Under the pieces are notes generated by a model. It saw only the letters and a program-made list of their open reading frames with translations, was not told the origin of the DNA and made no database searches. 64,000 bases of DNA from Selaginella moellendorffii (Eukaryota; Plantae; Lycopodiophyta). The translations under genes and the position numbers were made by a program. This document shows, piece after piece, positions 46,806 through 59,500 of the stretch. The stretch covers positions 194,318-258,317 of the forward strand of contig NW_003314314.1 in the NCBI RefSeq assembly GCF_000143415.4. The letters run 5' to 3'. The first letter of the stretch is position 1. Each line of letters opens with the position of its first letter.

Positions 46806-47959
46806 GGGAGCATAGACCATTCAATCTCCTGAGGGAACTAGAGCTGGCTCTTGAACACTTCACCAAGTTACCCCACTTGTCGGTCCACATTCACTCTAGC
46901 CTTGGATTTCCCAGTGGTCATCTCATCACCCAATAGCTGGGTATAGCCTTCCTGGGCCAAATTGACTCTACTGGGATCCAATCCCCACACTCTCCCTACA
47001 ATACTTTTGGAACCCCCTGCAGCGCCTCTCCCCCCCGCCCCCCCTCGGGGGGACGATCTTGAACTCAGACTCCATCTCGGGTCCATCTCAGACTCCATTT
47101 CGGACTCCATCTCGGGTCCATCTTAGACTCCATCTCAGACTCCATTTCGGGTCCATCTCAGACTCCATCTTGGGTCCATCTCGAACTCCATCTCAAGTCC
47201 ATCTCGGGTCCATCTCGAACTCCTCCATGTGTCATATGTTGGTCCTCTTGTGTTCCTTTTCTAGAGACTCATTTATTAGTCACTTCATGCTTGTTCCTTG
47301 AGCCCTTCGTTGGGAGTTCCACTCCCGCTCTTGACCTTTCAAGTCGGAGCTTTTAGTCCAAATGTGTTACGCTCGTTTGGCTTTCACTTTGGCCACTACC
47401 ACGTGGCACCCTTTTGGCTCCACTTTGGGGCTTAGGGATTTTTGTCTCACAAAGGATGATCTAGCTTCTTAGGCTAATATTGAGCCACTTTCTAGAAAAT
47501 TCCATCTATCACAGCAAGAGTTCTTAGCATAACAACACAACACTTGTTTCTTTTGGGGACATCTCAACATTTTCACACCTCTTAGAGTTTTATTTTTGGA
47601 GTTTACAATGTTCAGAACCATTTATTTTGGTTGTGAGCTTTTCTTAGAGCATTTAGAGGATGATTCGACTTACTAGATTTGGTGCATTGCTTAGTAATAT
47701 TTACTGGATTTAGGCATTTACAATGATTTGAACATTTTATACCGGTGACAACATGTTCACAATCACCTGGAGGATCAATTTGGAAAGCACCAAGTCCCCA
47801 CTCTTAAAGGCAAGTTTTCACCTTTAAGGCGAGAGCTTGATTTCCAACAATTTGTCTTGGACGAGGAAGATTCATTGGATCCAGAAAATACCTTTTCTAG
47901 AGATTTACAACAGCCGGTAGAGATGGTTAATCCAATCCATATCCTATAGGGGGATGTGG

Positions 47960-50900
47960 ATTTACCTCTCTTCACATCAGGAGCTTCATCAATATGGAGT
48001 CATATAGTAGAATTTGAGGTCTTTTATGACTCAAATAGAATTATGGTAGATGCAAACAAGCACAACCACTTCCTTTGATTGATGCATATATAAGCTCAAG
48101 TTTGGGCAAAGTCATTTTTGGATATAGAATGGGAATGATACACAGAGGTGAAGAGGCTCTTCCTCAAGACATTTGGACAAAAGAAGGATCTCCAACAACT
48201 CCACACCAAGTACTTTTCTTTCTGGCAAGCACCACATGAGTCTATTGTCAAGTATATCTAGTGGTTCAAGCAACACTAGAAGTTATGCCTCACTCAGATT
48301 CTAGACCTCATAGAGACAACTATGGTTGCTGCTTTTGTCCAAGGGTTGAAGCCACTCATCCAATGCAAACTTCTCAAGTGTAAGCATACTGAGTGTTGTC
48401 CAGCTTTTAAACATGCTGAGGAGATTGAGAAGGAGTTTTGCCTCACTCTAGGTGTCTCCCAAGTTTCCCAGCCTCCATCCAGCCACCTCCTTGAGCATTT
48501 GATCACAACAATTTCTCACCAACCTACACCTAGAGTCACGGAAGAGAGATTGCCACTAGCATTAGAATCTGCTGTTACAAAATTTTGCTAGTACAAAAAC
48601 CTCCTTGACTGTCAACAGCAAGCTCTCTTGCACCAGCAACAGCAACAAATTGCCATTCTCAATGAACTTAAGGCACTAAGACTTCAGCAAACAGATACAA
48701 CATCGAGATGACCCCATCATTGGTATACCCATTGCGAGGCCAATACACACTCAATAGAATGGTGTTATCACCTCCATCTAGAGCTTCAACCTCCCTAGAG
48801 TCAACATGTCCAAGAGCATCCACTTGCTAATAACTCCACACTTTGGCCACCTCTAAATGGATATCAACAACAGCTCCAACAATGCGCAATTGAAGCTGCC
48901 CCATTGACAAGCAAGGGAAAAGAATCAGCTCTCCACATCAACACCATTAATGACGAGACCCTTACAATTGTGACTTGAGCTTAGAAAAAGTGTCAGCCAA
49001 CAGCTTCAGACATCAATGGCAAGCAAGACTTAGCTGTTCAACAAGTACTAGGTCCAACTATTGCATGCAAGTTACCCTTTAAGTTGGCATTTGCTGGATC
49101 CCTTATTGTTGATGTTGGACCTTCTCAATTTGACAGCACATCTTGTCTAGGCTTGGCTGGTACATCTTTCATGACTCCTACCATATCTTCAACTCTTTTG
49201 ATGGATGTCATGTAGCAACTATTACACAGCTCAATCACCCTTTCACTCAGACAACTTTTGTGATCAGTCCTAGGATTTGGACAGCAACTAGAAGCTCTTA
49301 CACATTCTAGCCAACATCTTATTTGTGCTAAAGAGGAGATCTGCATTGTGGATACCACAATAACACAAGATCCAAGAGCTTTTATGGCATCAGTAGGAGA
49401 TACTACCACAGTAGCACTCTTGGATTTAGGATTAGCAAGTAATATCATTTTCTTGGTATTGGCAAAGTTTACTAGGTTACAAATCTAGGACAACACAACA
49501 GTTATCTTCAAAACCTTTGCAAACCATACTATCAATCCAAGGGATCTCATCGTTAATGGATTTTGTGGTGGTGGACTTTCAACATGTGAACTCCCACTCC
49601 CTCACCAATCTTATCATCTTGAAACACACATAGCACCTCCAATCAGATGTTGAGACATATTGGAAGTAGGGAATGATGCAAATCAATGATCACATCAAGA
49701 CTGCCAAGTTGTACAATGCTCATGGCCCCTCCTCACACAAGACAACTCCAGCTCCTACTCCTACCAAGACTCCAACACGTTCATCTTTTCCAGCTGAGCT
49801 GGCAATTGTCTTCCCCGAGCTCCTTGATGATCCATCCTTGCCAAAAACGGAGGTATATAGCATTAGTGCCATCCATGAGTTTTCTATGACAACTACAAGC
49901 TAGCCAGTACCAAAACACACAGATGATGGCAACTCCCCCTCTCCTACAAGGCCCATCCACACTCAGTGTTGCTTACCACCTTGGCCCTTCACATCTTATA
50001 CAAGTGCTAGGTTTGGCCTCTTTACTTGAGGGCCACACCCTGACAGCTCACTGGATTTCCCCAAGTACACCACCAGGGGCATGACATGGAAGCTTGGATC
50101 CAAATTTCCCACGATGGTTTTACTCATTCCTGTCAAGAACATGGATCTACTCACTCATGCCCTGATGAGCAATACATCAAAGATTTACCATCATTGGCTC
50201 ATTATGTTCAAGCTGCTGGCAAAGACCAAAAGGTGGCAACACCATTACGTGGGCTAGAACAAGGTGTTTTTTATACTTCCCCCACGGTTCCTCTTCCAGA
50301 ACCAGTCATCAGTCCTGCTCCACTATTCCTTGATGACCAGCCAGCATAGTTCCTAGCATACTTCGACAGAGCTTTCAGGCCAACACATCACATGGCAGGT
50401 GTCGACATTGATACATGATGAGGCTGAGAACATAGTGACTCATCTTGCCACTACCCTGCCCACTACATCTGCCAATGAAGCTGAGTACTTGGCCGTGATT
50501 ACTACTATGGAGCTCACATTACAATATGGTCTCCTTAATGTTTAGTTTTGTGGAAATTCCCAGCTTGTCATCCGACAACTCACTGGTTACTATAGTGTTC
50601 GTAAGAATAACATCAAAGCTCTTTAGCAAAGAGCAATGGACCTCAAAGATCTCTTCCAGACCGGCTTCAATCACATTCCCCGTAAAGACAACTTTTGGGC
50701 AAATAAGTTGTCCCACCATGCCATCATGGACCTTTGGGCCAACTGCGGTTCTCATTCCTCCACAAACTCCATTCAGGATGACACTCCTCCTCATTCCATT
50801 AAAGACTCCCCTCCAGATTCACGGGTGCATCAAGTTTTTTTGGGAGACCAAGCAGAACCAGTCTTGATCAATAACTCACTTTCTCCAATACACAGCACAC

Positions 50901-53500
50901 AGATCCTTTCTCTATTTCAGAGATTCAAGGATATCTTCACTTGGGACTATTCCAAACTTCTAGGAGTCCCTATAGACACAATCACACATTGCATTACCCT
51001 TTTCGAATCAGCAAAGCCTGTCAAGCAGAAGATGCGCCCGCTACAATCCAGCATTACTACCAGACATCAAAGCTGAGATCCAAAAGCATCTTTCAGTTAA
51101 CTTCATCTTTCCAGTGGAGCATTCAGAGTGGGTGGTGTGTCCCAGCTTGCAAAGCCAATGGTAAACTCCGGCTTTATATGGAGTTTTGAGATCTCAATAA
51201 AGTCACACTACGAGATCATTTTCCCACGCCTTTTATGGACTCTGTCTTTGATGAGCTAGCAGGCCATCACTTCTACTCTTTTATGGATGGATTCTCAAGC
51301 TATAACCGGCTTTTCATCCATCCAAATGATAGTGAGCTCACAGCATTCAAGACACCTTGGGGGGTATTCGCATACAATGTGTTGCCATTTGGGTTTTGCA
51401 ATGCAAGAGCCACATTCCAGCGGTTTATGACCTATGCATTCCATGATATCTTGGGGGATGTTCTTCAAGTATACATGGATGATCTCTGCTCAGCCTCAGC
51501 CACATTTGATGACCACCCTCACCACTTGGAGCAAGTTTTTCTTCGTTGCCAACATCATCGGTTCACTCTTAACCCGGTGAAGTGTAACTTTCGTGTCACC
51601 AAAGGCCACCTCCTTGGTTTTGATGTCTCTCATGATGGAAACTAGCAGCATGACACAAAGAGAAAAGATATTCTCAACTCCTCTCCACCAGCAAACATCA
51701 AACAAGTACGATGATTTCTCTACCAAACCAGTTTCTTCAGCCGGTTCATCCACGACTATGCCTCTCTCACACATCCATTGGTGGCTTTTCTCAAGCATGA
51801 CACACCCTTTTGTTGGGATGATTCAGCCCAACAGGCTTTCAACAAATTACATGCAACACTACGACAAGCTCCAATACTACAACCACCAGTTCTTGGCCAA
51901 TCTTTTGACATATTTGTCACTACTAGTGATGAAGCTTTTGGATTTTGCATCTGTCAACGTGCTACACCTGGCCAGCCACTTCATGCCACATACTTTGCTT
52001 CCCACTCCTTGACAGAGTCTGAGAAAAAGTTTATGACTGTTGAAAAGGAAGCTGTCGCATTGGTGTACACTCTTTGGCATTTCCGGCACATGCTCTTGGG
52101 GAGCCATATCCTTTTTCATGTTTCCTCTCATGTACTAACATTCCTCCTGCAGAAATCTTTTCAAAACACACACATTCTTTCGTGGATCACCACCATCCAA
52201 GAGTTCTAGCTGGACTTTGTCATCAAATGAAGGCACGTTCTTGATCCTAGTTCATTCCTGGTATCAACAGTGAACACTCAGGCCATTCCACAGACTCTCG
52301 AGGAGGTGGCTACGTACTTGGCCTCAAGCAAGTTTCCAATACACCTCACAAAGGAACAACGAGCAGCTCTTGGTGTCAAAGCACGGAGCTATTGCCTCCT
52401 TGATCGCTCCTTGTACCGGCAAACTTCCTCTGGTGTTCTTTTCAGATGTGTTCTCAAGTGAGAGGTTCCCTAATTATTGCAAGCTTTGCACACTTGTGCG
52501 GGACACTTTTCTGTGAAGACTATTGCTCAACTTCTCCTTCGATATGGATACTTTTGGACAACGATGCATCAAGATGCCACAGACTATGCCAAGTGTTGCT
52601 TATAATGCTAACAGTTCAATCCACAGAACTATGTCCCTCATCTTCCTTTTACGTTCATCACTTCTCCAGGACCTTTCTTCAAATGGGGACTTGACTTCAT
52701 TGGCACCATCTCACCTCCTAGTTCACAAGGTCATCAATATCTCCTCGTGGCCACTGATTACTTCACAAAGTGGGTGGAAGCAGTTCCTCTTTGACATGCA
52801 GATCAACTTTCCATGGAAAAGTTCCTCTATGAATCAATCATTTGCAAATTCGGCATCCTAGCAGTCTTCACCTCCAATCATCGAGGAGCATTCTTGAGCC
52901 AAGTAGTTGAGCACCTCATGGAAGGGCTGGACGTTCAACACACTCTGAGTAGCAGCCATTTCCCTCAAGCGAACGGCTAGGTAGAGTCCTCCAACAAGAT
53001 CTTAAATTCCATCCTTGGCAAGCTGATTGCCGGTCATCCTCGCAAATGGCATGACCACTTGGTAGTTGCACTCTAGGCTTTTAGGACATCCTTCAAGTCT
53101 TCCATCTCGGCCACTCCTTTCTCTTTGGTTTACAGCATAGAGGCCATCCTTCCGGTGGAGCTTACAGTTCCATCATTGTCACTTTCACTTCGACACAATG
53201 CAAACACATGACTTACAGCAGATGAGAAGTTACAAGCTCAAGCTTGGGACATCATTGTCTTGGATGAACAATGATAGGCAGCTGCTGATCACCTCCAGGC
53301 TGCAAAATGCAAACTCAAAGCCCAAAAGGACCATGCCAAGCTAGATGCTGAGTTCGCACTGGGACAACTAGTTCTTCTTTGGGACTTTAATCCACCATTC
53401 AAGTTCTCTCCGTGGTGGCAGGGACCATTCTTCATTCAGCAGTGTTTTGGTCACTGTTCTTACACCTTGGTTGATGAGGATGGTCATGAGCTTCCCCATA
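47960..53500 (+). pseudogene. Gag-pol pseudogene: gag-PR-aRH-RT-RH-INT
   Basis: YFDRA / ANEAEY / GNSQLVIRQ / HIPRKDN (aRH); FMDGFSSYN, LPFG, YMDD (RT); KWGLDFIG, DYFTKWVEA, FPQANG (INT); many stops and frameshifts. Confidence 0.85.
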
Positions 53501-56500
53501 AGTAAAGCCACATAGAGGAGGAGGATTGAGGTGCCACAACTCAATAATATGGCTTAGGAACTCAACTTAAGAACATGGTACAAGAATTTGGCTTAGGAAT
53601 ACGAGGAACTTGAGGAGGCCATTTTAATCTACTTGTTTAGCTTTATGATAGTATCATTAAAACTCTTATCTTAGATGGGAGGGGAAACGCTTGGTGCTGG
53701 ATTCTACTATGAGTTTCATTTGCTATCATTATAAGTTTCAACTCCATAAAACATATATCTTTTATCACAACTTTGAATCTTTTATTGGTTGTTCAACTCG
53801 TACATAGTGTATGCAACTCTTGATAGAGGTGCATTCTTGAGTAACTGTAATTTCCAAATTATTGCTAATGCCCTATTCATGAATCATACTTAGTCTAAAC
53901 AAATGAAAACCCATAGATATTGTCTTGGTCTCCATCAAGAACACAATCTCGCCCTTTGATAATTATTATTCTGAATTTATTATCTAATTTGATAACTAAT
54001 CTTTATAAAAGAAGTATTACACTACCTATTGTCATATTGTGAGTGTATGAAATATAGAACATGAATACATAAATGTACATATTCAATTAGCCTAAAAACC
54101 CTAATTTATATTAAAAAGTGAGTAGATTGAAACCAATTTAATAGCTATCATAATCCTATTATGTAAATATTATTGTAGACATACACTTGGACCTCACATC
54201 ATCTCCTCATGTTGGAAAGATGGAAGGCAATAAGAGTCTTCTGGTTGATGGGCTGGGATCTAGAGGAGTATCATAAAGTCAAGAACCTCATTAAAAAAAG
54301 ATAAATCTAATTTTGCACCTTGTGGATATTGAATATTAAGTAAAACATCTATAGATGGTATGAGATTTTTGTCTAAAAAATTCACTAATGCTAGAATAAT
54401 ATGCTATTAAAAACATGAAAAAAGAGCAAAAAAGGGAGAAGAGCTCAAAAAAGAGCATCAATATTAGCCAAAGAACTCTCCAAGTGATGAATAGCCTCAA
54501 AATTATATATTTAAAACTTTAGATCCACTCAATAATATAACCAATTAAATTCTTCCACTTTAATAATGAAGTGATTGCAATATAATCACCCTTTAACAAT
54601 GTTTAAAAACTATGCAAGCATGTATGAAATTTATTATAACGCACTTGAATTTGGAACCAAACTCTAAGCCTTTTGTGCAACAAAACAAGAATCTAATACA
54701 TACTCAGTATCCTTTATAAACACTAACTCCCCATATCCAACTTTTACATACCAAATAGTGTCAGATGGTGTTTGGCATAATTTCGGCATACCGATGGCCT
54801 AACACAAAGAGGTGGGTACCTCACTAACTAGATTAACATAGAATTTAGACTTAGGCCCAAGCCAAACATAAAATAAAAAGTGACACATTCTAGCAGAAGC
54901 CAAACTAATGTTTTAGATGGTCAACCATGCTTCCAAACACCATCTTTATTATACATGTAGAACCCTCTAACCTCCTTCATCCCCCACCTTAGAAAAATGC
55001 ATGCTTTTAGGCCAAGAGTTAGTCTCTAGAACAAGCTTGAAAACTCGTTAAATATGGAATAATACTAGATTGTAGATTAGAATGTGAGAACAACACCATA
55101 GGATATAACACTTTCTACATTTTTCAGTTATGCCACTTAGACAAATCTAGACACTTACCAAAAATAACACAAAGGACTGGAACAAAATTAATATATAGTG
55201 TATGATAATGAGGGTGTTTAGTGGATACAATAAATTATTATGTAGGATTATTGAAAGACTAGACTCAACACACGATGATTCTTATCACTAGCTAGTGAAA
55301 CACACAAGATGGGAACTCTTTACCAAGCTAAATAATAGCATATAAAAATTTGGTCCTTATGCTTGTTTAGTCTAAATACACTCAAGATGTACAATCAACA
55401 TACCTCCGAAATTAATATTAAAAGCACTTATATGCAAGATGAAAAGTCAAGTGTAGTCAAGATATTCTAAAACTAGAGGAACCATCAAAACATCTTTGAG
55501 ATCCACAAATGCCTACTTATAGTCCCTAAACCAAATGAAAGATGCAAATGAACTAAGTTATGCAAAAAATGCATCAAAAGCAATTACTTAGATATATAAA
55601 ACAATCCACCACCTTGCAATCATGATTCAATAGTAGTCTACTTAGATTATATTTAGAAAACTTTTAGAAATTGTGTATTATGATTAACTCTCTTTCTGAG
55701 AAGGGTGAACCCTAAATCTATATCCTTAAAATTTCCAACTTCTTAAATACTGTATAAACTTTAACATCTTTCTTTGATTTTTCTATTTATAATTGTGAAA
55801 TTTAATTCTTGGAATCTAGTAAATTTGAAATTCTACTTGGACTTTTAATACAAAAAAAATGAGCTTACGGTAAAAGTATTAGGAAATGCTCTTGGTTGGA
55901 ACTTTAGGCACATCTAAAAAAATTGTTGTTGAGAATAAATAAATCAATATCCTTGCAAGGACCTTATATTGCTAAAGTCACTTCTAACCTAGTGTTCTGG
56001 AGATTCTAACAATTTTGTCAAGCTCTTCTAGTCAAGCTGGCCAAACTCACTAGTTTATTAGTATTTAGAAATGCCCTTATAATAAAGTTGGTTGGACTCA
56101 CCAGTCCCTTAGAGGGGTCTTTTTTGAAATCCAAGAGCACTCAATTCCTGATAGTTGTCAAGAGTCTATAATAGAAATATATGATTTTTAACTTTATGGC
56201 TTTTTTCCAGCCAATTCACCAAATTCACCTAGTTGTTAGGATAAAAAATTGCACAGTAAATAGAATATTAAACACATATCATCCACAAGATAACAGACAA
56301 CAATTTCCTAACGTCTTCGCTTCTAATTCTAAGGTTTATAGGCAAAACTTTAAAACTATAACTGAAATATGGAAAACAAGGAAGTAATTACAAACACAAA
56401 AGCTTTGATTTTCTTGCTTTCCCACACATTTCTATCACCAGTGTTAATGTGACTTTTCTTTGATCCTAGATTACCCTTTGATAGTTTTCCACTGTAAAGG

Positions 56501-59500
56501 ATTGGAGGAAAATACTAACATTGATGGAAGAGGGAGAGAAAATACGAAAGAAGGGCCTTGGGGGAAATTAAGCAAGTGCTGTGATGGAAAATAATATTAG
56601 CATTGTTGACAATGTCGGTGTTAAGGAGGATAAACCTCTATATAACCATGATAATTAACATCATAGTAGAAAAGTTTTAATCCTTAGGCAGCAGTGCTTC
56701 TCTATGCTTGCTTTTGTTGGTGTTGTGGAGTTTTTGCTTCACATAAATATCCTATTTAAATACCATGATTTATTAAAGAATACAACAACCATATCTTTAA
56801 TCTACTTTTAAATCAATTTTTCTGCATGGAATATAAAAAAGGAATACAAAAGTATACATATTTGATTAGTGCCAAAACCCTAGCTTATATACAAAAGCAA
56901 GTGGTCCGGATTAACAACAATCTGATAACTATGAAAATCCCACTTTGTTAATATTAGTATATGGCATTGTAGCCATATGCTTCGAACTCACACTAATAAA
57001 ACTCTTACAAAGGAAAAAAAAATTTAAAAAAGGAATATTTAATGCTTTTATAAGTTAGATTAATAGATGGATGACTAAGATCTTATGATTACTATTACAT
57101 TATTATCCATTTATAATCAATAGACTACATAACTCATAAAAATCATTAAAATCACATTATTTACTTTTTTAAAATTATTTTTTGATATTTTTCAATTCTA
57201 GTAAAATATATCTAAAAAGTGCTTTCTATTTTACATCTTAAAATCTGGATTTTGTAAGCTCCTAAATATGCACTTCCTAGTAGGTCATACATCCCAGTAG
57301 TACTTAAAATAACTCCATGGTATCTTAACACCATTAATTGATTGAAAAAATAGTGTACTTTTATTTATAGATCTTTCCCTTTTATTTTAAAACTCTAAAA
57401 AATTATTCTCAACTTGTTTTACTTTGGTTTCTTACAGATTACTTGCTAGTATAAAAATATTGTAAAATTTAAATTATAGATATATCTAATAAAAATATCA
57501 TTGTAAACTTTAAATTTTTAAAAATTTAAAACATTTTAAAAAATTAAATTTTAATTTTATAATAATTAATAATTTTTAAATATGACAATAATAAGAAATA
57601 TACAAATTTGTAAGCTTGTATTTTTAAAATATTAATTTAATGCTTTTATAAATTTCACAATTTCAAAGTAAAAGAGTTAAATATTCGATATATTCTAATT
57701 AATTTATTTTAATTATGGAAAATTTTATTAAATATATTGTAAAACATACTGTGAAAGTTATGTTGAGAATTTTAAAATATCATCACTTCAATGTTGTTTA
57801 GATAAAATATATATTACCATCAGCTAATGCAATTGTAAAACATTAGTAGTTGTAAACCAGTCTGGTATTATGTTTTAAGAATACCTTTATATTGTGTCTG
57901 TAACTAAATATATATTAATTTATAATAAACATATAATAGTGAAAGTAATAAATCTTTATTACAAATAACAGTTGCTTTAAATATTACCATTCTTGTAGTA
58001 AGACATTGTGAACTAATTTCATAGATTTTAAGAACCCATAAAAAATAAAATTGCAACATAAAAACTAAATAAAGAAAAATGTCAAAGGCTTAATGTAAAG
58101 AGGAATATGGAAAATTCTCAATTTAATCAGTAGGAAATTTTATTTATAATAGCCAAACGAAGACAAGTGTTTCTGCTATAAATTTTCTATATGATAGTAT
58201 CTAAAAGAGTGCTTGTGTGTGGAGGCTGGTAAAAAGTTGCATTGCTGATCTATCTATCAAACAAAGTGCAAGAAATTGCAGAGGTGAAGGCAAGTCTCTC
58301 GCCAATTGTTACAAACTCAATGGCCTTCAGACTCTCGTTCACGATTTGAAGCTTTCTTTGATGCTCAGGTACAGCAATCTTACAAGTTTTATTGTTCACG
58401 ACATGCAGAAATTTAGTTTTTTTCCCATACAATGGTAACAACTTTGACAGTCTGGAAGGAGGTAAAACCTGACAGGGCAAGCCTCTTCAGACCTTCTAGA
58501 CCAAGTCAAATGGCTTTATACCATATAGAATAACTGGAGGTGCGTACATATTAGCTCCTGAGTTCTTGCTCTAAGGTGGTGTCGTGTTCTCGGGTTAGAA
58601 AGTCAAACACCTTCGCTATCCAAACTACGTAAGAATCTTATTTTCCTGAGCTGGATTTTTTTTTCCATTTTCTAATCAAGTTATGAGGACAAAATATCAG
58701 GAATCCTTGCAAACGTACAAGGACAAGTCTAGAGATTGCAAATACTCGGCCTACATGAAAGTTCACGAGTTTTTTCAAGGGATGCCTTGGCAAGCGGCCG
58801 TGCTGCCAAGCCCTAGCGTGCTCTAGGTATCATCTTGTTGCTAGGACCAAATTCGGATCTCGGACCTTTCTAAATTTGAACATTAAATCATCATTTTTAC
58901 AGCTAAATCAAAGAAAATTATATGAAAAACTATTCTGCTGCTCTGCTCGATCAAACTTGTCACTGCTCTTTAGCTGCTTCCCCTTTGCTTTTTGAAGCTG
59001 TTGCTGGGCGAACTTAAAACTTCGATTTTTCAAGCTGCTGGCCCTGCTTGGTTTAAGAAATTTTTTCGTCTTTAAGCTGCTCAATCTTTGCTGCTCGATC
59101 TTAGCTGTTTCAGCCTGCTCCCTTTCTCTCCAAGTTTTAAAATCATCTTACGCTTTTCCATTCCCACTTGCTCGATTCTTATGATCTCTGACGCTGGGTT
59201 TTATCTTTCGCTGCTTCAAGTCCTGCTCCACCCTCATTTACATATTCTTCTGGCGGCCTGCTATGATCTGGACCAAGTTGGCTGCCAGACTATTTTCCAA
59301 ATAGAAAAGAAACACAATCTCTCAAGGTTGTACTCACAAGTTGGCCAGAATAAGCAGCTCCTTAGCGTAGTCTCTGAGATGTTTTATTTATTTAGTCTCG
59401 AAGAGACGGCCTCCTACGATCTGGACCAAGTTGGAGCTCAGAAGATATTCCACCAGAGGAGAAAATTAAAAAACAAAAAAAATACCATAGGATTTGTTGC

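Larger units (their letters stand above)
40269..47451 (-). mobile_element. Nested LTR retrotransposon with a decayed, shortened internal region
   Basis: LTRs 40269-41860 and 45711-47451 (TG...CA); TSD AAGGA at 40264-40268 and 47452-47456; minus-strand tRNA-iMet-type PBS (TGGTATTAGAGC) at 45696-45707; PPT at 41861-41873. Confidence 0.9.
39000..53548 (+). mobile_element. Degenerate Tat-like (TatI-type) Gypsy element, interrupted by a nested LTR element; 3' end truncated
   Basis: gag (about 47960-48450), protease VALLDLG (about 49410), extra RNase H (about 50350-50725), RT YMDD (about 51470), RH and integrase; boundaries approximate. Confidence 0.7.
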
